59,096 bases of DNA from a virus (Duplodnaviria; Caudoviricetes). This document shows positions 16,856 through 27,433 of the stretch, in pieces. The DNA lies in IMG/VR virus record IMGVR_UViG_3300017782_000016, positions 1 to 59,096 of that record. One strand, written 5' to 3'. Within the stretch, counting starts at the first letter, position 1, and each line of letters opens with the position of its first letter. The notes beneath the pieces were generated by a model. It was not told the origin of the DNA, ran no database searches, and saw only the letters and a list, made by a program, of their open reading frames with translations. A program made the translations under genes and the position numbers.

Positions 16856-18086
16856 AAGCACGAGGAAATCTGTTAATCGATACATCAAAATCTATAAAAC
16901 CAACTTTTACACTATCTGGTAGAGAATTTTCCGTTCTTTCAGAAAGTTTAGAGGTAATTACATCCTCTATGTAATACTCTCCATTTTTTAAGTTGGTGGA
17001 TGTAGTATTGTAACTATAAAGTCCATCTTTAACGTCGCCTAATTCAGTAATTGGATGACCTGTAAAAGGTAGATGATTAAAGGTTTTGTAACGAGTATCT
17101 GAGAAGATAGATAACGCTCCATCAAGCTGATATTGATTTTCTGCCATTACCACAGCTTTGATAGAAGTAACCGTTTTATCTTCGCCACCAAAAGCAAAAC
17201 CTTCGTTTCTCATAGACTCTGAATTAATAAAAATAGCAGGTAATATTTTATCGTACGGCTTTACCCCAGAAAGTGACTTTTCATATCTACTATTTAGTTC
17301 GAAAGCGCTGTTTAAAATTAAATCTTCTTCTGTATCATTTGTTAAATATATATTAAAATCTTTAACTGCAAAAGTGCCAGTGATATCCGCATCAGCTAAT
17401 AAAGAACCGCCAGTTTCTAATATTCTTCCATTTTCAAAATCCATAACAAACCCAGAAGATCCACTAACCAAAAAATCTGAGAACACTGGACCAGATCCTA
17501 CATTAGCAAGAGCGTTTTGCCTTTGCCAACCCGTAACAGTCCAAGGATAAGCGAAGGGAGTTTGTGACTCTCCTATACCAGTTGTTGTGGCACGCCAAGC
17601 TGCTCTATTTATAGGAGCTCCAGCTCTAATTTCCCATAAACCAGAAGTTTCTGGCTTACTAACTGTGCCTTGATTTAAGGTAATTCTGTGATTAGCGACT
17701 GTATCGCTATTAAATATACGTCTACCATTTGAGTTTAAAACACCAACGTTGATGGTGTAGGTTGAATCAAAACTATCACTAGACCCAACCAAAGCAGCAC
17801 CAACACCTTGTAATTTAAAACCTGTTATAGCTGAATTATTAGCGGCTGTTTGACTACGACCAGTCCCCATAAACTCTGTTGGAATTATAGCGCCAGGTAC
17901 AGAAGAATCAGTTACCCACTGTTTATAGGAACTAGCAAATGCGTTATAACTAGAAGGTAATCTATCATCTTTATGATAGTATAATTTACCTGTTTGATTC
18001 GAAAAGGCAGAACCTTTGGTTAATAAATGATTGTCAAACCAAAGCATAAAGCTAGTCATTAATTCATGTTGAAATTGTGGTCTCAT
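16854..18086 (-). CDS. Putative tail terminator/neck protein with inserted beta domain
   Basis: PAIFI..E....GFAFGG and GFIDFDV segments; position before tail tube. Confidence 0.55.
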   Translation of the reverse strand: MRPQFQHELMTSFMLWFDNHLLTKGSAFSNQTGKLYYHKDDRLPSSYNAFASSYKQWVTDSSVPGAIIPTEFMGTGRSQTAANNSAITGFKLQGVGAALVGSSDSFDSTYTINVGVLNSNGRRIFNSDTVANHRITLNQGTVSKPETSGLWEIRAGAPINRAAWRATTTGIGESQTPFAYPWTVTGWQRQNALANVGSGPVFSDFLVSGSSGFVMDFENGRILETGGSLLADADITGTFAVKDFNIYLTNDTEEDLILNSAFELNSRYEKSLSGVKPYDKILPAIFINSESMRNEGFAFGGEDKTVTSIKAVVMAENQYQLDGALSIFSDTRYKTFNHLPFTGHPITELGDVKDGLYSYNTTSTNLKNGEYYIEDVITSKLSERTENSLPDSVKVGFIDFDVSINRFPRA

Positions 18087-18661
18087 AGTTGTATGTTTTC
18101 AAACTCCTTTTTGTATCTTTTGAGAAAGTCTGATATATATTTAGTATTTGCAAATTTTACCTTTCTTACACGTTTTTCTACTTGGATACCCAAACCAGAT
18201 CTACTAGAATTAGAAGGTTTTTTAATGTAGTATCCTAGTCCAGATAAGCCAGTTTCTATAGATCTAGCCCAACTTCTGCCAGGCATATAAGGTAAAGGTG
18301 TCACTTCAAAAATTTCTTTTGGCGTAGGTAAAATAACGGAAAATACAATTTTTTGACCTACGGCTCTACCTAAGTCTAAATTAGTTTTTTGTAATAGTTC
18401 TATGATGGGTTGTAATGGATCGGTACCCTGTTCGAAGCCTATAAAAGAAAAAAGATTTGTAATACCATTTAATGTCCCGCTTATATTTTCGGCTTCTACT
18501 CCACCTTTAATTTCTAACGAAACTGGGTGGTTTAAAAAATCTGCAATCATTTCATTTTTCTTTTTTTGAAAGCTGGATTTTACTATTTTCCTAGTTTGTT
18601 GTAAAGCTATAGTTGGTATTTGTCTCCTTAGAGATTTTTGAATTTCTAAATTTAAAGCCAT
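18083..18661 (-). CDS. Putative neck/tail completion protein
   Basis: Basic 192-aa protein in neck block; overlapping stop/start with neighbours. Confidence 0.5.
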   Translation of the reverse strand: MALNLEIQKSLRRQIPTIALQQTRKIVKSSFQKKKNEMIADFLNHPVSLEIKGGVEAENISGTLNGITNLFSFIGFEQGTDPLQPIIELLQKTNLDLGRAVGQKIVFSVILPTPKEIFEVTPLPYMPGRSWARSIETGLSGLGYYIKKPSNSSRSGLGIQVEKRVRKVKFANTKYISDFLKRYKKEFENIQL

Positions 18662-19119
18662 TATTCTTCCATTGGTTTGAGGTAGAAGTGATAATATTGT
18701 GGGCCAAATATACCAGTGGGATTTCCTTTACTATCTATTGTGTATTTTCTACCTTCAAATTCACATCTTGTAGCATCTTTAAGTAATTCAAAACCAGCGT
18801 TATCTACAGTAATTCTAACCTCTCCATCCATTAATTTAAAGTCTAATTGACTACCCACATTACCATCTACAAATCCTTGTTCTTTTGCATCGATATATTT
18901 AATTCTAGCTAGGATAGTTGTAGATGAAACGGTTTTAGTAACTGTTTTTTCTCCGCCCCCACTTCTCCCATATATGCCGTTAAACTCAGCACTAGCAGCT
19001 ATAGAGACTGTTTGCCCTTCCTTATATACAGTTATATTTCTAGCGAATGTTTGGTGGATATCATCTATGATAGATTTGATAGTATTCTTCTGGGATTCTG
19101 ATATGAGTGGAGTTGCCAT
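18661..19119 (-). CDS. Putative head-closure (stopper) protein
   Basis: 152 aa; CEFEGRKYTI...YYHFYL typical stopper-like C-terminus. Confidence 0.55.
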   Translation of the reverse strand: MATPLISESQKNTIKSIIDDIHQTFARNITVYKEGQTVSIAASAEFNGIYGRSGGGEKTVTKTVSSTTILARIKYIDAKEQGFVDGNVGSQLDFKLMDGEVRITVDNAGFELLKDATRCEFEGRKYTIDSKGNPTGIFGPQYYHFYLKPMEE

Positions 19120-19127
19120 ATTACTTT

Positions 19128-19146
19128 TTACACTTTTTATGTGTAA
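19128..19146. promoter_or_regulatory. Back-to-back divergent GTGTAA promoters
   Basis: TTACAC (19128-19133) TTTTTAT GTGTAA (19141-19146) between divergent genes. Confidence 0.75.
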
Positions 19147-19165
19147 ATAAACAGAGGAATAAGGT

Positions 19166-19465
19166 ATGATAGCTCAAGATTTTTTAAATGATCGGTCTCA
19201 TCATCATATAAGGTTTTTATTTAAATCTTATTTAATGCTGTTAGAAGACTTAAAGAAAGAACACGATATGCGTTTTCAGAAGCTATACGACATACTACCC
19301 GAAGACCAGCACGATCTAATTAAGATAAGTGATTACTTTGACGAAGAATATTACAATAATTACAGAAAAAAAGTATTAGATATTGGAAATTCTGTTTTGC
19401 GAGATTATAATAGTGAACTAGAGAACTTAGTAGTAGAATTTAGATTTAAAAATAATGGACAATAA
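19166..19465 (+). CDS. Hypothetical protein
   Basis: ORF with GAGG RBS and upstream GTGTAA; overlaps next gene. Confidence 0.7.
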   Translation: MIAQDFLNDRSHHHIRFLFKSYLMLLEDLKKEHDMRFQKLYDILPEDQHDLIKISDYFDEEYYNNYRKKVLDIGNSVLRDYNSELENLVVEFRFKNNGQ

Positions 19466-20183
19466 TAAAAATATATATCAATTTCAAGTAAACCGCGAAA
19501 TTATCGAAAAAGTTGAAACGACAAAAGAGGGCAAAGATGGTGAAGAGATTGTCACTACAAAAAACAAGAAGACTAAAAAACCAGTAACAATTGTTTTAAA
19601 AAAGCCAACCAGAAGAATGGTGGATGAAGCAGAGGAGTATTTTGCTATTGAGTTAAGTAAAAATGTAAAAAAGGGTATTGTTACAAAAGCTATGTTGGTT
19701 AAGAAATACGCTGACACAGGAGGCGCCTTAACCGAGGAAGAAAGTAAGGACATGATTCGTGCCGTACAAAAAAGCAACGAATTAACAAACAAGATACAAA
19801 TGATGGTGGCTACAAAAGCCAGCAAAGAGGAAATAGAACCCTTAGAGAAAGAATTATTTGAAGTTCGTAAAAATCTTGTAGATTTGGAAAGTTCTTTACA
19901 GGGTGTGTATAATAATACTGCAGATGCTCGAGCAGAAAGATCAACAATTGTATGGTATCTTTTAAATGTAACCAAAATTCTTAATGAACTTGGTGACGAA
20001 TTAGATTATTTTGAGGGTATATTATTAGAAGATAAACTTGACAATATGTATGATAAGGATGAAAGTGGAGATTTTTTTGATCAAGAAGTTTTGAATAAAG
20101 TTATGAGAATCATATCCTATTGGCATTATACTGGAGACACATCTAAAGAAAAAATAGATGAGTTTATCAAAGATGCAGGATGA
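19455..20183 (+). CDS. Putative tail assembly chaperone
   Basis: IVLKKPTRR motif, helical, upstream of tape measure. Confidence 0.5.
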   Translation: MDNNKNIYQFQVNREIIEKVETTKEGKDGEEIVTTKNKKTKKPVTIVLKKPTRRMVDEAEEYFAIELSKNVKKGIVTKAMLVKKYADTGGALTEEESKDMIRAVQKSNELTNKIQMMVATKASKEEIEPLEKELFEVRKNLVDLESSLQGVYNNTADARAERSTIVWYLLNVTKILNELGDELDYFEGILLEDKLDNMYDKDESGDFFDQEVLNKVMRIISYWHYTGDTSKEKIDEFIKDAG

Positions 20184-21153
20184 TTTTTTCATAGAATTAA
20201 TAGCTGATATATTTAACGAATATTCGATTGTCGAAAATTCTTTAGGTACAATATATTTAAAACATTTTAATCAAATACGCACCACTAGTAATCTTAGTAA
20301 AAAAAAGATATATGTGGAAGCGGCTCGCAAGAGAGGTTTATCCTCAGAGAAAGATGCCTTAGATTATTTAATTAAAGAAGACATGTGGGATCTTGAAAAG
20401 GAGCAACTTATTCAAGACAAAACAAAATTCTTAGAAAATTTAAAAAAATCTACGTCTAAAATTTTGCTACCATCTCAAAGAGAGAAGCATAAAGAACTAA
20501 TTCAGTTTGAAGAAAAAAACCTAAGAAACATTTCTCTTGAAAGAGCTGAACTAATTGGATTAACTGCTGAAAAACATGCAGAAAAAAAAGTTAATAGAGA
20601 CTTTTTTGAGTCTATAGCTTATTTTGATGTCGATTTTAAAAACCCAGTTTTGCACAATCTGGAGTACGATAATCGAGAAACTGAAAGAATTATTAATGAG
20701 GTTCAAGATGATTTTTTCAATAAGTTCAGAGATGCTAACATATCTAAAGCTGCTTTGTCTAATGCATATTCTCCATACTTGTCTTTTTCAGAAAATCCAT
20801 ACGAAATATATGGTAAACCATTAAAAGATATGTCTAGTTTTCAACTTAAATTATCTAGTTATGGCAAAACGTTTTTGAGTATATTTAAAAACACTAGCAA
20901 AGAAATTCCAGAAAATATAGCTAAAGATCCAGAATTATTAATAGAATTTGCTGAAGCTCAAAGAAATGATAAACGTGCTGCTACTAAAAAATCTAACGAA
21001 AATGATGGAGGATCAGCTATATTTGGAGCCTCTTCAACGGATATACAGGCCATAAAAACAGAGACTGAAGATGCTATTACCTTGGATCAAGCACTAAAGC
21101 AGAGCGGAGGTAGCATGAACATGAAAGATTTGATGAAAATGCATGGCGTTTAG
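20173..21153 (+). CDS. Putative tail assembly chaperone (second)
   Basis: Directly upstream of tape measure; YGKPLKDMSSFQ segment; start 20173 or 20158. Confidence 0.5.
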   Translation: MQDDFFIELIADIFNEYSIVENSLGTIYLKHFNQIRTTSNLSKKKIYVEAARKRGLSSEKDALDYLIKEDMWDLEKEQLIQDKTKFLENLKKSTSKILLPSQREKHKELIQFEEKNLRNISLERAELIGLTAEKHAEKKVNRDFFESIAYFDVDFKNPVLHNLEYDNRETERIINEVQDDFFNKFRDANISKAALSNAYSPYLSFSENPYEIYGKPLKDMSSFQLKLSSYGKTFLSIFKNTSKEIPENIAKDPELLIEFAEAQRNDKRAATKKSNENDGGSAIFGASSTDIQAIKTETEDAITLDQALKQSGGSMNMKDLMKMHGV

Positions 21154-21176
21154 GTGTAATTATCCTATATAGGATA
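21154..21176 (+). promoter_or_regulatory. GTGTAA promoter plus 16-bp palindrome TATCCTATATAGGATA covering RBS/start
   Basis: GTGTAA 21154-21159; perfect palindrome 21161-21176. Confidence 0.6.
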
Positions 21177-24100
21177 TGGCTAACGCAAAAATAGGAATAG
21201 ATTTTGATCCAGTAAGAACCCAAAAGGTTGAGGCAGCTTTAAGACGCATACAAGCTCAAGCTAAAGGTGTTGATTTTGGCGGAGGAGCAAGATCCCTAGA
21301 TAAGTTGTCCAGACCACTTGGTAAAATTACTGGTCAAGCCAATGAATTCCAAAAATCCTTAGAAGCATCCAATGCTCGTGTTTTAGCTTTCGGAGCTTCA
21401 GTTTTAGTTATTAATAAACTTTCAGAAGCCTTTCAACAGCTTGTTAATAATACAATTAAAGTTGAAGCCGCTTTCACTAAGATAGGAATTATTTTAGACG
21501 GCACCGCTCAAGACTTGCAAAAATTTGGTGATGGTATATTTAGAGTAGCCCAAAAAACTGGTAACGCATTTGATGAAGTTGCCGAGGGAGCCTTAGAGTT
21601 GGCACGTCAAGGTTTAAGTGTTGAGGAATCTTTATCAAGAGTTGAAACAGCTCTAAAATTGGTTAGAGTAGCTGGTATTGACTCACAGAAAGCAGTGGGT
21701 GGTTTAACAGCTGCTATCAAAAACTTTGAGGGTGCTGGTCTCACTGTAGCAGAAATAGCAGATAAGATTGCAGAAGTTGATACAAAATTCGCTACGTCAA
21801 CAGATGATTTAATAGATGGTCTTAAAAGAGCCTCTGCATCTGCCCAGGTAGCTGGAGTTAGTTTTGATGAATTGCTTAGTGCAATTACGGTTGTAGAAGA
21901 AAGAACTCAACGTGGCGGTGCTGTTATAGGTAATGCTTTCAAAACAATCTTTGCCAGGATAAGACGTACTGATGTTTTAGACGCTTTAAAAAGTGTCGGA
22001 ATAGAAGTGTTAAACACAGAAGGTAATATCAGAGGAGCTATACCACTTATTCAAGATTTAGGTGTTGTTTTAGAAGAGGTTGGTATGCGAAGCGAAGCAG
22101 CTGGTAAACTGATTGAAAAGGTTGCTGGTGTTAGGCAGGGAGATATTTTAATTAATTTAATTAGAGATTTGCAATCTGGACAAAGTCAATTTGCAAAATC
22201 TTTACAAGTATCGGCAGGCGCCTTTGGCTCTTTAGATAAAAAGAATGCTGAATATAATAAAACACTTGACGCCACAATTAATAAATTAACCGTTGCTGGA
22301 CAAAAACTAGCATTTACTGTTGGAGAAACTGGATTTGCTGATGCCGCTAAAAATTTAATAAATACTTTTGAGGGTGCAGTCACTAGAATTACCGATGTTT
22401 TAGATGGAGATACAATAGGTGGCAAGTTTGCTAGAGGATTGATCAAGGGTATTGGAAACGTTTTAACTGGCCCTGGTTTGGCTTTGGTGGGTGCGATATT
22501 TATAAAGCTATTTAAAGACTTAGCTGTTTTTGGTTTAGATTCGTTAAAAACGTTGCTAGGGGTAAATAGGGCAGCCAAAGAACAAGCTCTTCTACAACAA
22601 TCTGTTTTACAAACATTAGTATCTAATCAAGCTATACAAGCACAGATTTTAAAACTAGAGGGCGACAAGGTTGCTCAAGAACAATTACTTTTACAAATAT
22701 ATAATCAACAAGCTGCCGCTTTACAAAGGGTTCAAAATATTGCAAAGAATGTAAGCCCTGGTTTATACGGAGCTGGACTTCGTGGTGGAGCTGGTGGTGT
22801 AGAAAGAGCAAGTGGCAAAGCTTCTGGAGGATACGTTGCTGGAGAAGCTAGAGATGTTTCTAGGGGTGTAGGCGGAGCTTCACCAAGTTCTAAAGTTGTA
22901 TCAATTCCAAATTTTGCATTTGGTGGTGGACAACGAGGAACTATGATAGCAAATTCTAGTGAGTATTATGTTCCAAACTATGCTGGTGGAGGCGATGCTA
23001 TATTTAACCAAAATATGGTAAAGTCAATGGGTTTACCATCTGGCGCTAAAAAACTTAGGGGCGCTAATGGATTCATTCCTAATTTTGCTCTGAAAGGCAG
23101 TTCAGATTATTTTTATAACCTTAGAAGAAAAGAAGCAAACGGTCAAAAATTATCAGCAGAAGAGCAAAAAGATTTAAAAGCTTATTACTCTAAAAAGGGA
23201 TCCACACTAGTTATGGATGCGTCTAATCAACTTGGTGTTGCATCTATATTTCCAGGTGGAGCCAAGGCTAACACAAGCACTACAAAATTATCTGGACCAG
23301 AAAAAGCTATTCTTAAAGGAGCTTATCCAGACAGCAATATAAAAAGAGTTGCTTTAAATAATATACAAGTTAGATCTTTAGAAAATGTAGAAAAAAGTTT
23401 AAAGTCAGAAAGAGCTGATAGAAATTTAATTTCTAAATTATTTTCTGGCCCAACATATGATTACGGATCTCAGTTAATGGATTTCTTTAATAACGATGAA
23501 AGATCCAAGACATTAAACGCAATGAAGAAAAGAACGAAAGGTCCAAGTTTATTTTCTTCTGCAGTTATGGGTGGTATTTTTGAAAGCGCTGTTAGATTGG
23601 TGACTAGAGGAGCGGCAGGGATTACAGACTTTGATAGCAACTTGGGTGATCAAACACCTTTTGACTTTGAAGAAGGTCGTGCAGCGACATCAAGATTTAA
23701 CAAAAGATTTGGATTTACCCCAAATGTATTTAAGGCTGATGCTAAAAGAACGTCTACGCCAGAAGCAATTAGAAGTATAATTGGTAAAAGCATTAGAGAT
23801 AAAAATGTTTTCGGAAGGTTAAACAAAACTATGTCGGCAGCTTTTGGTTACATACCAAATTTTGCAGATCCATTGTCAGACGCGATAGAAAGAGAAAAAG
23901 CTGCTGGTGTTCCAATTAATCAAATTAGAATTAATCAAAGCAGTAAAGTTAGAAACGGGCAAAACCCATTAGGTTTAGCTGTAACAAATACAAGGGATGA
24001 ACCTACTGGTGCTATACCAAACTTCGCTGCCAAACCTGGAGGTACAGGAGGCGAAATGGGAATGGATAAAGCTTTTGGTTTAATTTTGATTTCTCAAGTA

Positions 24101-27100
24101 GCTGGCGGTTTTGCTCAATCTTTAACACAAGGTAATGCTCAACTTGAAAAATTTACAACTGGGTTAATGAATGGTATTACAACCTTTGCAACACTAACTT
24201 TATTAAATGAGCCAATTAAAAAAGGTATAGAAAATTTAAAAGGTTTTGCAGAGGGTTTGCAATCACAAACCGTTACTGGTAAGTATGGTGGCACAAGAAC
24301 ATTTAGGGGTAAAGCTCCAGGTGTAGGAGGAGCTCTAAGTAAAGTAGCCGCAGGAGCAAGTAGATTACTTGGGCCAGCTGCTATAGCAGCTTCTGTAGCT
24401 CCTTTGATTTTAGAATTAACAAAAGTTAAAGACAAGTTTGGTGAATTAAATTCGGCTTTAAGTAATTTAAAAATAAACGACTTTGCAAATGGAACAGATG
24501 CTTCTTTAAAAGCTGTAATATCTGGGACAAGAGCCCAAATAGACTATAACCGTTCTTTAGATCAAGCTGCAAATAGATCGGGCGTAGATAGAAGAGGAGC
24601 TTTTGGCGGCAAAAAAAATGAGGATAAAGTATTGCAGCAAATAGCTAAATCAGCATTACAGTCGGGATCAAATAGACAATCAGCAGCAGGTACAGGAATA
24701 ATAAATAGATTAGGTAAGGACGATTTAACTAATCTAGGAAAAATTGCAACAATAACAAATCAAGAAGGCGCAAATATAGGTGAAGACATTTTAAGGCAAG
24801 CAAGAAGCAAAGCTACAACTGTAAGTGGCAATGCAAGGAATCAAAGGACCACGTTTGACGAAAACAGATTTAACGAAGAAATAGAAAAATTAGTACAAGC
24901 TGAACTTGATAAAAGACAACAAGCGGACGCTAAACAAACTTTAACTAAAGTAGGAGATAGAACAACATTTGATACTAGACAAGCTGGGTTACAAATTGAC
25001 TCAACAGCTTCTGCTTTAGGTCAACAAAGGCAAAGAACATTTCAAACAGAAATAGCTAAACTTGATAAAGAACTTCTTGGAGACGGAGGAAGAGGTGTTA
25101 CTCGAGAAAGACAAAATCAAATTGAAATTCAAAAGCAAGAACTTGCACTGAGTAAAGAAATAGAACAACAAAGACTTGGTATTGAGCAATCGTTTGCTAA
25201 AGAAGTTATTAATACCCAAAAACTCAATGATATACAAAAAGATAGTTTAGATTCTATATTAAAACAAGTAGATGGAAAAGGTACAATAGCAGAATTAGAG
25301 CAAAAAATATTGACAGCTTTATATGGAGAAGGTGAGGCAACAAGTGTTCAAAAAGCCGCTGTTAAAAAGATAGCGGAAAATTATCAAAACCAAGAAACCA
25401 CTATTACTGACATTCAAACAACAAGAGCGAGTCAAATTGAAAATGAAAAAGAGCTGCTTGAACTTAATGAAGACAATTTAAAAATCGAAGAAGAAAGATT
25501 AAAAACTTTCCAACAAGAAATTACAGAATTAGAAAAAAAAATAGCTAAAGAACAACAATCCAACGCTTTAGCGAAAGAAAGAAATCAAAATGTCTTAAGA
25601 GAAAGTCGAGGCAAACTTTCACCTCAAGCAAAAAGACAACTTGTTTATGAAGAACAAATAAATGGCTTTAACGAAGAAAAAGTCAGAGCGGAAGTTCGTC
25701 TAACAAAAGCCCAAGCAGACAAACAGTTTTACTTAGATAATGAAGTTAATCAAAATGCCGCAAAATTACAAAGTTATAGTGCTTCAATAGATGCAGCTCA
25801 ACAAGAGTTGGAAGCAGTTATAGCATTGAATGAAGAAAGAAAAAAGGGTTCAGAATTTGACAAAGACAGAACAGCATATGATCAATATATAGAAAGTGTT
25901 AATCAAAGACTTGCTGGAATGTCAGAACAAATGCCAGTTACATTAAGTCAAAATTTAGAAAATGGACTTATGAAAGCTATGGATACAGTAGCAAGAGAAG
26001 GTGTTGATGGTATTGGAAAAGCATTAGGAGATATTGCACTAGATTTTGGTAGAGAGATACAAAGACAACTAATGCAAAAAGCCGCAGATACACTTGTATC
26101 TAGTATTGGTAGTACTGGCGTTCTTAAAAATATTAGCGAATCCCTGGGATTTGCTTCTGGTGGTATGGTTAGTGGAGGTGGTGGCATTAAAGACGACGTT
26201 CCCGCAATGCTCACTAGTGGAGAATATGTTGTTAGAAAATCAGCTGTACAAAAATATGGAACCGCGTTTTTAGATTCTCTAAATAGCGGAAGCATGGGAG
26301 GATACAATAAAGGAGGGCCAGTTGAACAAGGAATGCCCGAATATAATGGCGGAAAATTCTGGGATAATCCAGGGGGTAATGTGTTAGGTGGATCTTTATC
26401 TAACGAAAGACTTAAAAAAGCATTAGCAAAAGAATATTTTACACCAGGAACAGAAAGGGGTGACACAACATTTGGAAGAATTGAAAGTAAGGAAGCTTTG
26501 TTAGCGTTTTCTATGCAAAATGTGACCAGTGGTTCAACAGACATTATAAGTTCTGGTTCGGTTAATTTAGAAACACAAAGTAAAAGATTATCTACATTAG
26601 CTAGAATGCGAGACACTCCAGAAAGAAGACAACTCAAAGAGGCTCAAAAGCAAGCGTTTGAAATTTTCTTAGCTCAAGTTGCAGATGAAAGAGCTGTAAT
26701 AGAAGAAAACAAACAAGCTAAAAAACAAAGAGACGATATGTTTAAGGCACAAATCCAAGGTGCATTTGTTAATTCGCTTATTAGTGCTGGAGCAGCTGGT
26801 TTGGGTAATACGATGAAGGGCGGAGATTTCTTTGGTAAAAAGGTTGACCCAACACTAGGTGCTAAAGGCCTTAAGACGGACACTGGATTCAATATGGGTA
26901 ACCTTGGTGATAGATTTATTGATAATAGTGGTGATGTTGTAACACTAACTCAAACAGGTAAAGATATGGTAGGCACCATTAATTACATGAATGAATTAGG
27001 AATGGATACTGCGGCTTTCACAGACACTTTGTCTAGAAGATACGCTGGAAAAGCAACTGGCGGACCGATTGGAACAAAAATGAACGCTATGTTAACTGCT

Positions 27101-27433
27101 GGTGAATATGTCGTGGGTAGAGATTCTGCTAAAGCTATTGGCACAGATACTTTAGATGATATTAATGCCATGAATTTCCAAAACGGTGGAAGTGTTGGAT
27201 CTCCAGTTATGAAAAAAACAGGTGGTAGTGGTGGTAATGTAGGATCTATTAATATTACTGTTAATGTTGATAAGAGCGGATCTACTACACAAACTCAAAG
27301 CACTAGCGGAGGTAGCGCAGCAGATGAAGAAGCTGGAGGAAAAGGATTAGCAGAAAGAATAAGATCAACTGTTGTTAATGTTATTAACGAAGAAAAAAGA
27401 GTATCTGGTTCACTGTTTACAAGAAGTAAGTAA
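21176..27433 (+). CDS. Tail tape measure protein (TP901-type core)
   Basis: 2085 aa; ELARQG, GAVIGNAFKTIFARI core motifs; coiled coils; FASGG...DDVPAMLTSGEYVV C-terminal motifs. Confidence 0.93.
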   Translation: MANAKIGIDFDPVRTQKVEAALRRIQAQAKGVDFGGGARSLDKLSRPLGKITGQANEFQKSLEASNARVLAFGASVLVINKLSEAFQQLVNNTIKVEAAFTKIGIILDGTAQDLQKFGDGIFRVAQKTGNAFDEVAEGALELARQGLSVEESLSRVETALKLVRVAGIDSQKAVGGLTAAIKNFEGAGLTVAEIADKIAEVDTKFATSTDDLIDGLKRASASAQVAGVSFDELLSAITVVEERTQRGGAVIGNAFKTIFARIRRTDVLDALKSVGIEVLNTEGNIRGAIPLIQDLGVVLEEVGMRSEAAGKLIEKVAGVRQGDILINLIRDLQSGQSQFAKSLQVSAGAFGSLDKKNAEYNKTLDATINKLTVAGQKLAFTVGETGFADAAKNLINTFEGAVTRITDVLDGDTIGGKFARGLIKGIGNVLTGPGLALVGAIFIKLFKDLAVFGLDSLKTLLGVNRAAKEQALLQQSVLQTLVSNQAIQAQILKLEGDKVAQEQLLLQIYNQQAAALQRVQNIAKNVSPGLYGAGLRGGAGGVERASGKASGGYVAGEARDVSRGVGGASPSSKVVSIPNFAFGGGQRGTMIANSSEYYVPNYAGGGDAIFNQNMVKSMGLPSGAKKLRGANGFIPNFALKGSSDYFYNLRRKEANGQKLSAEEQKDLKAYYSKKGSTLVMDASNQLGVASIFPGGAKANTSTTKLSGPEKAILKGAYPDSNIKRVALNNIQVRSLENVEKSLKSERADRNLISKLFSGPTYDYGSQLMDFFNNDERSKTLNAMKKRTKGPSLFSSAVMGGIFESAVRLVTRGAAGITDFDSNLGDQTPFDFEEGRAATSRFNKRFGFTPNVFKADAKRTSTPEAIRSIIGKSIRDKNVFGRLNKTMSAAFGYIPNFADPLSDAIEREKAAGVPINQIRINQSSKVRNGQNPLGLAVTNTRDEPTGAIPNFAAKPGGTGGEMGMDKAFGLILISQVAGGFAQSLTQGNAQLEKFTTGLMNGITTFATLTLLNEPIKKGIENLKGFAEGLQSQTVTGKYGGTRTFRGKAPGVGGALSKVAAGASRLLGPAAIAASVAPLILELTKVKDKFGELNSALSNLKINDFANGTDASLKAVISGTRAQIDYNRSLDQAANRSGVDRRGAFGGKKNEDKVLQQIAKSALQSGSNRQSAAGTGIINRLGKDDLTNLGKIATITNQEGANIGEDILRQARSKATTVSGNARNQRTTFDENRFNEEIEKLVQAELDKRQQADAKQTLTKVGDRTTFDTRQAGLQIDSTASALGQQRQRTFQTEIAKLDKELLGDGGRGVTRERQNQIEIQKQELALSKEIEQQRLGIEQSFAKEVINTQKLNDIQKDSLDSILKQVDGKGTIAELEQKILTALYGEGEATSVQKAAVKKIAENYQNQETTITDIQTTRASQIENEKELLELNEDNLKIEEERLKTFQQEITELEKKIAKEQQSNALAKERNQNVLRESRGKLSPQAKRQLVYEEQINGFNEEKVRAEVRLTKAQADKQFYLDNEVNQNAAKLQSYSASIDAAQQELEAVIALNEERKKGSEFDKDRTAYDQYIESVNQRLAGMSEQMPVTLSQNLENGLMKAMDTVAREGVDGIGKALGDIALDFGREIQRQLMQKAADTLVSSIGSTGVLKNISESLGFASGGMVSGGGGIKDDVPAMLTSGEYVVRKSAVQKYGTAFLDSLNSGSMGGYNKGGPVEQGMPEYNGGKFWDNPGGNVLGGSLSNERLKKALAKEYFTPGTERGDTTFGRIESKEALLAFSMQNVTSGSTDIISSGSVNLETQSKRLSTLARMRDTPERRQLKEAQKQAFEIFLAQVADERAVIEENKQAKKQRDDMFKAQIQGAFVNSLISAGAAGLGNTMKGGDFFGKKVDPTLGAKGLKTDTGFNMGNLGDRFIDNSGDVVTLTQTGKDMVGTINYMNELGMDTAAFTDTLSRRYAGKATGGPIGTKMNAMLTAGEYVVGRDSAKAIGTDTLDDINAMNFQNGGSVGSPVMKKTGGSGGNVGSINITVNVDKSGSTTQTQSTSGGSAADEEAGGKGLAERIRSTVVNVINEEKRVSGSLFTRSK

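Noticed and set aside
20140-20190. Programmed -1 frameshift between tail chaperone genes (lambda G/GT style)
   Set aside because: The downstream ORF is in the +1 frame, has a TAG just before 20158, and I see no X XXY YYZ slippery heptamer in the overlap; independent initiation at 20173 is simpler
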